A stretch of DNA of 64,000 bases, from contig DFDW01000036.1 in assembly GCA_002369315.1 (NCBI GenBank), positions 12,928 through 76,927 of the forward strand, written 5' to 3'. The notes beneath the pieces are model-generated. The model was given only the letters and a program-made list of their open reading frames with translations. It ran no database searches and was not told the origin of the DNA. Both the position numbers and the translations under genes were made by a program. This document shows positions 37,525 to 47,336 of the stretch, one piece after another. Origin of the DNA: Ruminococcaceae bacterium UBA3818. GTDB lineage: Bacteria; Bacillota; Clostridia; Oscillospirales; Ruminococcaceae. Within the stretch, counting starts at the first letter, position 1. Every line of letters begins with the position of its first letter.

Positions 37525-38520
37525 ATGCCGAAATCCACCAATCAGAAAAGAAAAATCCTATACCTGATGCAGATTTTGCTGGAACAGACAGATGAGGATC
37601 ACTTCCTCAGCCTTTCGCAGCTGACTGCGCTTTTGGCGCAGCGGGGGATCGAAGCGGAACGGAAAAGCCTGTACGACGATCTGGAGCAGCTGCGCCAATT
37701 TGGCATAGATGTAGAGTTTGTAAAAGGAAAAGAGGGCGGCTATCATGTGCCGAACCGGACTTTTCAGCTGGCGGAGCTGAAGCTGCTGGTCGACAGTGTG
37801 CAGGCTTCTAAATTTATCACCAGCAAAAAATCGATGGAATTAATTAAAAAACTGGAAAGCCTCACCAGTACCCACCAAGCTAGACAGCTGCAGCGGCAGG
37901 TATTCGTTGCCGGCCGGATCAAGGCGATGAATGAGAGTGTATATTATAACGTGGACCAAATCCATGCGGCCATTGGACAAAACCGGCAAATAGGGTTTCG
38001 CTATTTTGAATATACAGTGGAGAAAAAACGGCGTTTCCGGCATGACGGGGCCCAATACCGGATCAGTCCTTTCTCGTTGGCGTGGGATGATGAAAACTAT
38101 TATATGCTGGGTTTTGATACACAAGCCGGTATTTTAAAGCATTACCGGGTGGATAAAATGACCGAGATACAGATTCTGGATCTTCCCCGGGAAGGAAACG
38201 AACAGTTTCAAAGGCTGGATCTCGCCGTTTATTCCCGAAAGGTATTTTCCATGTTTGGCGGAGAGGAAGAGATGGTTCGCCTCCGCTTTGAGAATCAGCT
38301 GATCGGAGTGGTGATGGACCGGTTCGGAAAAGATGTTTCGGTATTCCCCAAGCCGGACGGATTTTTTGAAATTTACACCAAGGTAGCTTTGAGCCCGCAG
38401 TTTTACGGATGGGTCTTTGCGCTGGGCGAAGGGGCTCGTATCCTTTCTCCGGAAAAGGCGGTGCGGGGTATGAAAGAGCAGCTTTGCAACGTCTGCAAAT
38501 ATTATACTGAAGAAGAGTAA
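37525..38520 (+). CDS. WYL-domain transcriptional regulator (wHTH-WYL-WCX)
   Basis: N-terminal HTH (KRKILYLMQILLEQTDEDHFLSLSQL) and a WYL core (RISPFSLAWDDENYYMLGFD...KHYRVDKM). Confidence 0.8.
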   Translation: MPKSTNQKRKILYLMQILLEQTDEDHFLSLSQLTALLAQRGIEAERKSLYDDLEQLRQFGIDVEFVKGKEGGYHVPNRTFQLAELKLLVDSVQASKFITSKKSMELIKKLESLTSTHQARQLQRQVFVAGRIKAMNESVYYNVDQIHAAIGQNRQIGFRYFEYTVEKKRRFRHDGAQYRISPFSLAWDDENYYMLGFDTQAGILKHYRVDKMTEIQILDLPREGNEQFQRLDLAVYSRKVFSMFGGEEEMVRLRFENQLIGVVMDRFGKDVSVFPKPDGFFEIYTKVALSPQFYGWVFALGEGARILSPEKAVRGMKEQLCNVCKYYTEEE

Positions 38521-38546
38521 AAACTTTTGACAGGGAAAAGAAAGAG

Positions 38547-38581
38547 AAAAGCGCTCCGGCAGATGGCCGGAGCGCTTTTTT
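38547..38581 (+). terminator. Terminator of the WYL gene
   Basis: GCGCTCCGGC agatg GCCGGAGCGC followed by TTTTTT. Confidence 0.8.
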
Positions 38582-38609
38582 AAAAAAAGAGGGGCAATTG
38601 CCCCTCTTT
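38582..38609 (-). terminator. Terminator of the nucleobase permease gene
   Basis: AGAGGGGC aatt GCCCCTCT with a T-run on the minus strand. Confidence 0.75.
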
Positions 38610-38627
38610 GAAAAGTGTCGGTTCCTT

Positions 38628-40049
38628 TTATACCACCAGGAAGAATTTTACCAGGAACAGAGCGGAGATGATGTAGGTAACGATCGAAACTTCTTTCGCT
38701 TTGCCGGTGAAAACTTTGATGACGGTGTAGGAGATCAGGCCCAGACCAATGCCGTGTCCGATCGAGCTGGAAATCGGCATGGAAATCAGCATCAAAGCGA
38801 CAGGAACGATTTCGGTCAGGTCATCGAAGTGAACGTTTTTCAATCCGCTGAGCATCAGAATGCCAACATAAATCAGTGCCGCAGAAGTGGCAGCAGCAGG
38901 GATGATGGCGGCGATAGGAGCGATAAACATGCAAGCCAGGAAGAGGATACCGGTGGTCAGCGCGGTCAAACCGGTGCGGCCGCCAGCCTCAACGCCGGAA
39001 GCGGATTCTACGAAAGTGGTAACGGTGGAGGTACCGGTAGCGGCGCCAGCAATAGTACCAACGGCGTCAGCGATCAGAGCCTCTTTCATCTTGGGCATTT
39101 TGCCGTCTTTGTCCATCATTCCGGCACGGGAAGCGGTTCCTACAAAGGTGCCGATGGTGTCAAACATATCGATCATGCAGAAAGTAACGACCAGAGTGAT
39201 GATGGTGAACCAACCAATCGAGAAGAACGATTTGAAATCGAACTTGAACAGGGTGGTTGCTACCATGTCGCCGAAAGGCGGAATAAAGGAAGCGGTTGCC
39301 AGGGAAGCAAAAGGATTGACCCCCAGGAAGATCGCTTCGCCTGCCCAGTAGATGATGCAGGAAATCAGCATGCCCAGCAGAACAGCGCCTTTTACGCCCA
39401 ATTTTGCCAGAATGCAGATCGCGAACAGGCCAACAAAGATGGTGACAACGGTCAATACCATCTGAGGATAGGAATCGCCCATGCTGCCTTTGATGACCGA
39501 GGGAGTCAGCGCGCCAAAGAAGTCGCGCATTACATAGAACGGGCCGCCGTCCGCACTGTAAATGCCGACGTTGGAACCCAAGCCGATGTTCATCAGCATC
39601 AGGCCAATACCGGGAGCAATACCCATCCGGACGCCCAGAGGAATCGAATCAACGATTTTTTCCCGAATGCTGAGCAGGGAAAGAATCAGGAATACGACGC
39701 CCTCAATCAGGATGATGCACAGAGCTGCCTGGAAAGACTGCAGGTAGCTGAATCCCGTCAGGCCGGCAATATTGGCGACAACGATTGCGAAAAAGCTGTT
39801 AAGCCCCATGCCAGGAGCCAGGGCAAAAGGTTTGTTGGCCAGAAAAGCCATGACAAACATCGCGATGGCCGAGGCGATACAGGTGGCCAGGAACACGCCG
39901 TTCCACAGCTGGCTGCCTACGTCAAAGCCGGTGAGCAGATTGGGGTTCAGGGCGATGATATAAGCCATCGTCATGAACGTGGTCAAGCCGGCCAGGATTT
40001 CGGTCTTTACGTTTGTACCGTTTTCCTTCAGCTTAAAAATTTTCTCCAT
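38628..40049 (-). CDS. NCS2-family nucleobase permease (AzgA/PbuG-like adenine/guanine/hypoxanthine type)
   Basis: MEKIFKLKENGTNVKTEILAGLTTFMTMAYIIALNP... and ~13 TM segments. Confidence 0.85.
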   Translation of the reverse strand: MEKIFKLKENGTNVKTEILAGLTTFMTMAYIIALNPNLLTGFDVGSQLWNGVFLATCIASAIAMFVMAFLANKPFALAPGMGLNSFFAIVVANIAGLTGFSYLQSFQAALCIILIEGVVFLILSLLSIREKIVDSIPLGVRMGIAPGIGLMLMNIGLGSNVGIYSADGGPFYVMRDFFGALTPSVIKGSMGDSYPQMVLTVVTIFVGLFAICILAKLGVKGAVLLGMLISCIIYWAGEAIFLGVNPFASLATASFIPPFGDMVATTLFKFDFKSFFSIGWFTIITLVVTFCMIDMFDTIGTFVGTASRAGMMDKDGKMPKMKEALIADAVGTIAGAATGTSTVTTFVESASGVEAGGRTGLTALTTGILFLACMFIAPIAAIIPAAATSAALIYVGILMLSGLKNVHFDDLTEIVPVALMLISMPISSSIGHGIGLGLISYTVIKVFTGKAKEVSIVTYIISALFLVKFFLVV

Positions 40050-40327
40050 TGTTTTTCTCCTTCTCAAAAATTCCTAGTGGAATGACACCCACTAATCCAT
40101 ATTGTACTAAAAACTGACAAAATTTTATATAGCGATTTTATACAAACTTCATACTTCTTTCTGCACAAGAGGACGGAAAAAAGAGCGCAGGCATGCAGAA
40201 TTTTGAGAAAAAACAACCAACGGTTCTGCAAAAACAAAACCGTTGGCTGTAACTGTGAGAAAGCAAAGCAGAAATTACGCATTTGGGCTGTTCGGCAGGT
40301 CAGGCATACGCAGGCCCAAAGCCTCAT

Positions 40328-40567
40328 CTACCGGGATCGAGAAGACAATACCATGCTCGCCGCTTTTCCCAGGATCCGGCTAAAGATTGACTGCATGACG
40401 GCTTTTTTGATCGACAGCGGCACAATGGTAAAGACGACTTCTTTTTCCGGCTGGATGGTGATATGAAAAAAACGGCTGTCGTCCTCGGCGCCCTTGTCGC
40501 TGCGTACCGATGTAAGGCCAAGACCCAGCGCCATGATAAAAGGAACCGTAACCGGGCCGGTGGTCAC
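40328..40567 (-). pseudogene. Fusion remnant: DUF1538-type membrane protein fragment joined to the tail of a P-II-like protein
   Basis: TTGPVTVPFIMALGLGLTSVRSDKGAEDDS resembles a DUF1538 signature stretch. It is followed by ...VVFTIVP...KAVMQSI...GKAASMVLS. Only 79 aa, with no plausible N-terminus. Confidence 0.35.
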
Positions 40568-40577
40568 GCCGCCGGAA

Positions 40578-40877
40578 TCAAACGTCGTAATCCACGACCT
40601 GGCGGCCGCAGACGTTGTCTTTCATATCCTCCTTTACCGCCAGATGCAGCGGATGGTTTTGATAAGCCTCCATCGCTTCCCGGCAGGTAAATTCGGTATA
40701 AAGGATCATGTGGTATTCACTGTCCGGCGCGAGATTGAGCCCGGTTTCCGCCTTTAACAGGCCATCGACCTGTCCGACCATGGCATGGAACCGACCGTTT
40801 AATTCCTTGACCATTGCCGCTCGCTCGTCCGGGGAAATCGCAGAAGAAAATTTCCATAAAACCAGATGTTTGAACAT
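40578..40877 (-). CDS. Dabb-family (stress-responsive alpha/beta barrel) protein
   Basis: MFKHLVLWKF...HMILYTEFTCREAMEAYQNHPLHLAVK, 99 aa. Confidence 0.75.
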   Translation of the reverse strand: MFKHLVLWKFSSAISPDERAAMVKELNGRFHAMVGQVDGLLKAETGLNLAPDSEYHMILYTEFTCREAMEAYQNHPLHLAVKEDMKDNVCGRQVVDYDV

Positions 40878-41047
40878 CAGGGTCACTCCTTTTGAAAAAT
40901 CGATCGAAAACAGAGGATCTGTTTTCAAGAGTATAGCATAATTGACAGCGGAAAAAAAGAAGCGTATCATGAAAAAAATTGCTTTCATTCCGGCACCCTG
41001 CCGGAAATGTTCAGATTGCAAAAGATGCGGAAAGCGAGGCGGGATTC

Positions 41048-42319
41048 TTGGAAAAGATTTTATTGGGTTACGGGCCGTCCCAGGTGAAAGTGGCTTTTGA
41101 CGGCGCAAAATCGGTAACCTATCTAGAACCGGCGGCGGAGCCTGCCATTGAAGATGTGAAAACGGCGTTTTACGATGCGGCGGTACTTCATCCAACCGGC
41201 GGGGAACCGTTGGACCGGCTGGTGTCGGCAGAAGATTTGGTGACCATCGTAATCAGCGATATTACCCGGTTCTGGTCCCGCCAGGATCTGGTGTGCCGGG
41301 AACTGGTGGCCTTTTTGCGCGAAAACTGCGGTGTGCCCTATGAAAATATGGCTGTTCTGGTGGCGCTGGGCACCCATCGGGGACAGAGCGAAGCGGAATT
41401 GCGGCAGATTGCATCGGAGGAGGTTTACCAGAAGGTGCAGGTCGTCTGCCATGACTGCGAGGGCAAGCTTTCCTATCTGGGGGAAACCAGCTTTGGAACA
41501 CCCGTGTGGGTCAATCCGCTGGCGGTGGGACGTAAGGTAATCACCATCGGAGCCACAGTGCATCATTTGATGTCCGGGTACGGCGGCGGGCGAAAGAGCA
41601 TTCTGCCCGGTATCAGCGGCAAGCAGACCATTCTTCACAACCACATGATGTGCCTGGATCCCGAGCGTCCGTGTTCTTCCGACCGGATCGGCATGGGAAA
41701 GCTGGAGGATAATCCGGTCCATCTGGACATGACCGAGGCTGCATCTATGGTTGGCCCGGTATTTGGAATTAATATCGTTATGAATAAAGACGGCCGCCAG
41801 TGCCGTTTGGTCTGCGGACAGTGGCAGCAGGCCTGGGAGGAAAGCTGCCGGCTGGTGCAGCAGATCTCCGGCGTTCCCATCCGGGAAAAGGCGGATATCG
41901 TCATTGCAAGCTGCGGCGGGTACCCAAAGGACATCAACCTCTATCAAGGAATCAAGACGCTTTTGAATATGGGCCAGGCGGTCAAACCCGGCGGCACCAT
42001 GATTTTTATCGCCCAGTGTCCCGACGGCGGAGGCGCGCCGGATTTCTTTGATTGGAGCCGTTCGCTGAAAACAAATTCGCTGGACGCGGATTTGCGGGCG
42101 GGATTTACCATCGCGGGATATATTTTCTACGCGGGCTGCGAGGTGATCCAAAACGGCCGGGTGATGATGCTGACCGAATTGTCCCCCGAGACGCTGCAGG
42201 ATATGGGGATCGAGGGGTATACCGATATGAAGAGCCTTCTGGCAGCGGTGGACTTCTCCGGAAAAGATGTGATCGTCATGCCTCACGGCGGCAGTACAGT
42301 GCCTTATGTAAGCCGATGA
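41048..42319 (+). CDS. LarA-like nickel-pincer-dependent racemase/epimerase (DUF2088 family)
   Basis: VTIVISDITRFW, LVALGTHRGQS, GGGRKSILPGISG. TTG start chosen because MEKILLGYGPSQVKVAFD parallels the usual LarA N-terminus. The ORF is open from 40979. Confidence 0.75.
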   Translation: MEKILLGYGPSQVKVAFDGAKSVTYLEPAAEPAIEDVKTAFYDAAVLHPTGGEPLDRLVSAEDLVTIVISDITRFWSRQDLVCRELVAFLRENCGVPYENMAVLVALGTHRGQSEAELRQIASEEVYQKVQVVCHDCEGKLSYLGETSFGTPVWVNPLAVGRKVITIGATVHHLMSGYGGGRKSILPGISGKQTILHNHMMCLDPERPCSSDRIGMGKLEDNPVHLDMTEAASMVGPVFGINIVMNKDGRQCRLVCGQWQQAWEESCRLVQQISGVPIREKADIVIASCGGYPKDINLYQGIKTLLNMGQAVKPGGTMIFIAQCPDGGGAPDFFDWSRSLKTNSLDADLRAGFTIAGYIFYAGCEVIQNGRVMMLTELSPETLQDMGIEGYTDMKSLLAAVDFSGKDVIVMPHGGSTVPYVSR

Positions 42320-42454
42320 GAACAAAAGAAAATGGGCTGCCTGAAAAGTGGGCTGTCTGCCTCCGGCTGAATCAGCGATAAAAAATTTAAAAAAACACTT
42401 GACAAAGGAATCGGTTTGTGGTTTTATATTGTCAAACCAAAAAACCGCAAACCG

Positions 42455-42718
42455 CAGAAGTGGAGATAAAACGGTTTACGCGCTTTCAGAGAGTCGGGGC
42501 AGGTGCGAGCCCGGCAGAGATGCGGAACTGACAAATGGACCACGGAGGGCGCGGGGAAAAGGACGAAAGTCCCCAGTATTCCGCGACGCAGCGCCAGCGT
42601 TACAGGGCGGGGAGTGTGTCGGCACTCCGCAGAGGTGGGCATGTTTTATATGCCAATCAAGGTGGTACCGCAGATGATTACAACATCTGTCCTTGTTTTT
42701 CAAGGACAGATGTTTTTT
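42455..42718 (+). promoter_or_regulatory. T-box riboswitch leader with intrinsic terminator
   Basis: AG bulge AGAGAG (42488), distal loop GGTGCGAG (42502), F-box-like AGCGTTA (42595), T-box AATCAAGGTGGTACCGCAG (42655-42673), terminator ACATCTGTCCTTG...CAAGGACAGATGTTTTTT (42684-42718). A TTGACA -35 lies at 42399. Confidence 0.8.
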
Positions 42719-42794
42719 ATTGCAAAAAGCACTGCCTGAGAAACCCTCGGATTCTTCCGACAAAAATATATTTTTTGAAAAGGAGAAACCCACT

Positions 42795-43781
42795 ATGAAA
42801 ACCATTCGAAAAATCGCAGCAATTCTTATCACGCTCTGCATGGCATTGACACTTTTTACCGGCTGCCAGCAGCAGTCCGCGGAGAAAATCGATATCGGCA
42901 TCATCCAGCTGATTGAAAACGGCGCGTTCAACGATATGCGCGAGGGCTTCATCCAGCAGATGAAAGACAAAGGCTATGACGAGAGCAAAGCGAATTTCCA
43001 TTACAAAAACGCCCAGGGCGATTCGACCAACCTTAACACCATCTGCCAGGAAATGGTAGATAAAGGCATGGATCTGGTAGTGACCATCGCCACTCCCGCT
43101 TCCCAGGCAATGGTAAATCTGGAAAGCGATATCCCCGTATTTTTCATCTCGGTTTCCAACCCGGTAGGAGCACGGATTATCAGCGATATGGAAAAACCGG
43201 ATAAAAACGCCACCGGTACCTCCAACGCCATCCCGGTCAACGAGATTTTCGACCTGGCGGATCAGCTGACCCCCGGCTGCAAAACCTATGGCTTTTTGTA
43301 TAACACCGGCGAGATCAACGCCGTGACGACCGTTGAAAACTGTAAAGCATATCTGGATTCCATCGGCCTTTCTTATGAAGAAGCGGTTGTAACCAACTCC
43401 TCCGAAGTACAGCAGGCTGCCCAAAGCCTGGTAGGCAAAGTAGACGCGTTCTTTATTCCCAATGATTCGGTCATCCAGAGCGCCATGAACCTGGTGGCGG
43501 AAGTTGCCCGTGAGGCCAAGATCCCCGCTTACTGCAGCTCTACCACGACCGTTGAGTCCGGCGGATTCGCCACTGTCGCCATCAGCGACACCGAAATCGG
43601 CGCAATCACCGCGGACATGGCGATTGAATACCTCGGCGGCAAAGCCATTGAGGAGATCCCGGCGGTTGTCGTGCCGGCTACCGATATCGTTGTCAATAAG
43701 ACTACGGCAGAAGCGATCGGCGCAAACATCCCGGAAGATATCTCTTCCACCGCGACTCTGGTAGAAGACGCGGCAAAATAA
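42795..43781 (+). CDS. ABC transporter substrate-binding lipoprotein (ABC_sub_bind / COG2984 type)
   Basis: Lipobox LFTGCQQ. IGIIQLIENGAFNDMREGF...DLVVTIATPASQA...NATGTSN...DAFFIPNDS. Confidence 0.8.
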   Translation: MKTIRKIAAILITLCMALTLFTGCQQQSAEKIDIGIIQLIENGAFNDMREGFIQQMKDKGYDESKANFHYKNAQGDSTNLNTICQEMVDKGMDLVVTIATPASQAMVNLESDIPVFFISVSNPVGARIISDMEKPDKNATGTSNAIPVNEIFDLADQLTPGCKTYGFLYNTGEINAVTTVENCKAYLDSIGLSYEEAVVTNSSEVQQAAQSLVGKVDAFFIPNDSVIQSAMNLVAEVAREAKIPAYCSSTTTVESGGFATVAISDTEIGAITADMAIEYLGGKAIEEIPAVVVPATDIVVNKTTAEAIGANIPEDISSTATLVEDAAK

Positions 43782-43839
43782 TTCCGGCAGGAACAACCGC
43801 CTGGCTCGCCAAAGGGCCGGATGAAAAGGAGATTGCATT

Positions 43840-44754
43840 ATGACATTGGTAGTCGGCTCTTTGCAGCTGGGCTTCATTTACGGATTGTTGGCAGTGGGCG
43901 TGTATATCGCCTTCCGCATTCTGGATATTCCCGACCTGTCGGCGGAGGGAACATTCACCTTCGGGTTGGCGGTTTCAGCGGCGCTGACCGCCAAAGGTCA
44001 TCCGCTGATGGGCGTGCTCTTCGGCCTCTTGGCCGGATGTCTGGGCGGCGCGGTTACCGGCCTGCTGCAGACCAAGCTGCGAATCCACCCCATTTTGGCA
44101 GGTATCCTGACCATGAGCGGCCTGTATTCCGTGAACCTGGCGGTTATGGGCTCCAGTTCCAACATTTCACTGGTGGGGCTGGACACCTTGTTTCGAATGG
44201 CCTTTGACCTGTTTCCCGAAGTGGATAAGGAACTCATCAAGCTGGTTTTGTCGGCCCTGTTCTGCGCGGTGCTGGTAGCGGTCCTGGCCATTTTCTTTAA
44301 AACGAACGTAGGCCTTTGCATCCGGGCGACCGGAGACAACGAAGATATGGTGCGGGCCTCCTCTATTAATGTGGATGCGACCAAGATTCTTGCGCTGGCG
44401 ATCGGCAACGGCTGCATCGGCTTGTCTGGTGCGCTGCTGGCCCAGTATCAGGGCTTTGCGGATATCAGCTCCGGTATCGGTATCGTGGCGGTGGGCCTGG
44501 CTTCGGTCATCATCGGTGAGCGGATTTTTGGCCAGCGCGGTGTGACCTGGGGCCTGGTCGTTACGGTAGCGGGTTCGGTGGTTTATCGTCTGATCATCGC
44601 CCTGGCGCTGAAGAGCAACCTCTTCCCGGCTTACTTCTTGAAAATTGTCTCGGCGGTCATTGTGGCGGCGGCCTTGTCCGTACCGGCGGTAAAAGAGGTG
44701 CTGGTCCGCAGGAAAATCAAAAAGGAGGGGCTTCGCAATGCTGTACATCCGTGA
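43840..44754 (+). CDS. ABC transporter permease (COG4120 type)
   Basis: GFIYGLLAVGVYIAFRILDIPDLSAEGTFTFG... and multiple TM segments. Confidence 0.8.
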   Translation: MTLVVGSLQLGFIYGLLAVGVYIAFRILDIPDLSAEGTFTFGLAVSAALTAKGHPLMGVLFGLLAGCLGGAVTGLLQTKLRIHPILAGILTMSGLYSVNLAVMGSSSNISLVGLDTLFRMAFDLFPEVDKELIKLVLSALFCAVLVAVLAIFFKTNVGLCIRATGDNEDMVRASSINVDATKILALAIGNGCIGLSGALLAQYQGFADISSGIGIVAVGLASVIIGERIFGQRGVTWGLVVTVAGSVVYRLIIALALKSNLFPAYFLKIVSAVIVAAALSVPAVKEVLVRRKIKKEGLRNAVHP

Positions 44755-45532
44755 CCTGACCAAAATTTTCGCTCCGGGTACTCCCAATGAACACACGGCG
44801 CTGGATCATTTGGACCTCACGCTGGAACCGGGCGAATTCGTCACCGTTATTGGGTCCAACGGCGCGGGGAAATCCACCTTGTTTTCTGCGATTGGTGGTT
44901 CTTTCTGGCCAGACAGCGGTTCCATCTTTCTGGATGGAAAGAATATTACCTACGATCCCGAGCATAAGCGGGCTTCTCAAATCGGCCGTCTGTTCCAGGA
45001 CCCGATGAAAGGGACGGCCCCGCATATGACCATTGAGGAAAACCTGGCGCTTTCTTATTCGCGCAGCCAGCGCCGCGGCCTGCGCATGGCAGTATGCAAA
45101 AAAGACCGGAACTTTTTCCGGGAATCCCTGGCCGAATTCGGTATGGGGCTGGAAGACCGGATGGACGCCAAGGTGGGGCTTTTGTCCGGCGGACAGCGGC
45201 AGGCGCTGACGCTGCTGATGAGCACCATTGTGCCGCCCAAGCTGCTTTTGCTCGACGAGCATACGGCGGCTTTGGACCCGGCTACCGCGGAAAAAGTCAT
45301 GGACATAACCAACAACATTGTGCGGAAAAACCGGCTGACGACCTTGATGATTACCCACAACATCCAATCCGCGCTGACCTGCGGCAGCCGCACGATCATG
45401 ATGGACAGCGGAAAAATCATTCTGGACCTTTCCGGGCAGGAACGGGAACAGATGACCGTCACCGGGCTGATGGAGCTGTACTCTGCCAAGCAGCACAAAA
45501 CACTGGATAACGACCGGATGCTTCTGCTCTGA
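44738..45532 (+). CDS. ABC transporter ATP-binding protein (COG1101 type)
   Basis: Walker A GSNGAGKST, signature LSGGQRQ, Walker B LLLLDEHTAALD. Confidence 0.9.
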   Translation: MLYIRDLTKIFAPGTPNEHTALDHLDLTLEPGEFVTVIGSNGAGKSTLFSAIGGSFWPDSGSIFLDGKNITYDPEHKRASQIGRLFQDPMKGTAPHMTIEENLALSYSRSQRRGLRMAVCKKDRNFFRESLAEFGMGLEDRMDAKVGLLSGGQRQALTLLMSTIVPPKLLLLDEHTAALDPATAEKVMDITNNIVRKNRLTTLMITHNIQSALTCGSRTIMMDSGKIILDLSGQEREQMTVTGLMELYSAKQHKTLDNDRMLLL

Positions 45533-45708
45533 AAAGAAAGCGGCCGGCTGTATCATCCAAACGGCATTGCTGCCTGCCGTTTGTTGCGCTCCAACACAAA
45601 AGATGCTGAATATGCTGGACACCGTCTCCACAGGGAGACGGCGTCTGTTGCTTTTTGCAAAGATTGTCTTATAATAATAGGTATCATTGAAAAGAAAGGG
45701 GTTCGCCT

Positions 45709-46647
45709 GTGTATTCCTTCTATGAATATCTGACCTTTTTTGTCATCTATTCCTTTTTGGGGTGGTGTGCGGAGGTGATTTTCAATACCATCAATACAGG
45801 ACATTTTGTCAACCGGGGATTTCTGAGCGGCCCGGTCTGCCCGATTTATGGCTTTGGCATGGTTATTGTGGTGTTTTGCCTTACGCCGCTGCAGGATAAC
45901 TGGTTGCTTTTGTTTTTCGGTTCGATGGTGCTGACCAGCGTGCTGGAGTTGATTACAGGATATGTGTTGAAAAAAGCGTTTCACACCAGTTGGTGGGATT
46001 ATTCAGACCAACCATTTAACATCGGCGGGTATATCTGTCTGCGCTTTTCCATCCTGTGGGGGCTGGGCTGCGTCATGGTAATGGATCTGATCCATCCGGC
46101 GATCACCCGGTTTGTCCGCTGGATTCCTGTGCCGGCCGGGGAGATCATTGTGGGGATATGCCTGTTCTTTTTTGCCTGTGATTTTTATGTGACAGTGGCG
46201 GGTATCCTCCAATTCAACCGCCGGCTCAAACGGTTGGAAGAGGTCAGCAATCTGATGCACGAGCTCTCGGAGGATATTGGCAGCGGCCTGGCGGAGGGTG
46301 CCCTGAAGTTGGCCGAAACGGGGGAGAAACTGAGGGAATCTTCCTCTCAATGGAAAGCGGAAGCAGAGCAGAAACGGGAGATGCTTCGCGATACGATAGA
46401 AGCCAAACAGGAACAGATGCACTTGTCGGCGGAACAGAGAAAGCAATCGATGTTGGAGTCGCTGGAAGAGAAGAAGGCGCGCTTGGCACAGTTGTCGCAG
46501 GAATATGAGCGAACCCTGCAGGAAAAAATGCCGGTCCGGTTGCTGAAAGCGTTCCCCAACGCGCGTTCAGAGCGGTATAATGCGGCGATGGAAAAAATCC
46601 GTGAGAAAATCTCTGCCAAAAAGAAAAAAACAGATCAGGAGAAATAA
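45709..46647 (+). CDS. CmpB-like putative membrane protein (PF06541-type) with a long C-terminal coiled-coil extension
   Basis: FFVIYSFLGWCAEVIFNT...GPVCPIYGFG...WWDYSDQPFNIGGYICL, then ~140 aa rich in E/K/Q. Confidence 0.65.
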   Translation: MYSFYEYLTFFVIYSFLGWCAEVIFNTINTGHFVNRGFLSGPVCPIYGFGMVIVVFCLTPLQDNWLLLFFGSMVLTSVLELITGYVLKKAFHTSWWDYSDQPFNIGGYICLRFSILWGLGCVMVMDLIHPAITRFVRWIPVPAGEIIVGICLFFFACDFYVTVAGILQFNRRLKRLEEVSNLMHELSEDIGSGLAEGALKLAETGEKLRESSSQWKAEAEQKREMLRDTIEAKQEQMHLSAEQRKQSMLESLEEKKARLAQLSQEYERTLQEKMPVRLLKAFPNARSERYNAAMEKIREKISAKKKKTDQEK

Positions 46648-46753
46648 TCTGTTTTTTGGGAAAAGGCAAAGACGGCCCGGAACGATTCGCGAAAGCACAA
46701 AGCACGAAAAAGTTGGTGCCTTTATCACAATCTTTGAAAAATTATTTGACTGT

Positions 46754-46785
46754 AAAAAAAGCCGCGGCATAGCCGCGGCTTTTTT
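46754..46785. terminator. Bidirectional terminator
   Basis: AAAAAAAGCCGCGGC ata GCCGCGGCTTTTTT. Confidence 0.85.
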
Positions 46786-46799
46786 GGTTCGGAAAGGGT

Positions 46800-47336
46800 T
46801 TACTGTTCGCCGGGGATCAACTTTGCTTTTTGCAGGATCACAACGATGACCGGAACCAGGAGCAGCTGCAGGATAATCCCGGGAATCGCCCCCAATACCG
46901 ATCCGGATAAAAAGGCCGACCAGGTAAAGGCGCCGCCTTTGATGCCCAAACAGATCATCATGGCCGCCCCCCAGACAATCCGCCCGCCGATCATGGCAGC
47001 AAGAAGATCCACATAAAGGAACAAAGGCTTTTTCGGCAGCTTTTTGTAGCAGATGCCGGTGATCGCGCCGTAGGCAGCCAGCTCAAACGCCATCGCTACT
47101 GCGGTGGGGAAGATGGGCGGCATTCCCAGCGTCAGGGAGCGCAGCAGCGGTGCGACAAAACCGACAGCCAGGCCGTAAGGCCATCCGCATACAAAGCCGC
47201 AGATCAGCACCGGAAGATGCATTGGCAGAAGCATGCTGCCGATTTCCGGAATCTGCCCGGTCAAAAAGGGCATCAAATAGGCCAGGGCCAAAAACAGCGC
47301 CGACAGCACAAGTTTTTTTGTTGATTGATTTTTCAT
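46800..47336 (-). CDS. ECF-transporter S (substrate-capture) component, substrate unknown
   Basis: MKNQSTKKLVLSALFLALAYLMPFLTGQIPEIGSMLLPMHLPVLICGF..., six TM segments, AGGAGG RBS. No ECF A/T genes are adjacent. Confidence 0.7.
   Translation of the reverse strand: MKNQSTKKLVLSALFLALAYLMPFLTGQIPEIGSMLLPMHLPVLICGFVCGWPYGLAVGFVAPLLRSLTLGMPPIFPTAVAMAFELAAYGAITGICYKKLPKKPLFLYVDLLAAMIGGRIVWGAAMMICLGIKGGAFTWSAFLSGSVLGAIPGIILQLLLVPVIVVILQKAKLIPGEQ

Noticed and set aside
37525-38520. WYL regulator as a marker of a defence island
   Set aside because: Its neighbours are spo0A and a nucleobase permease, each with its own terminator. No nuclease, helicase, CRISPR/Cas, CBASS or abortive-infection-like genes are nearby.
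38598-40085. 495-aa plus-strand ORF rich in D/G/Q/N
   Set aside because: It is the antisense shadow of the NCS2 permease gene. It has no RBS and implausible composition.
40050-40330. Purine riboswitch upstream of the nucleobase permease
   Set aside because: I looked on the minus strand for the conserved TATA...ATATGG...GTTTCTACC...CCGTAAA...GACTA core. Only a short TAGTGG/CCACTA hairpin and an ATATGG are present.
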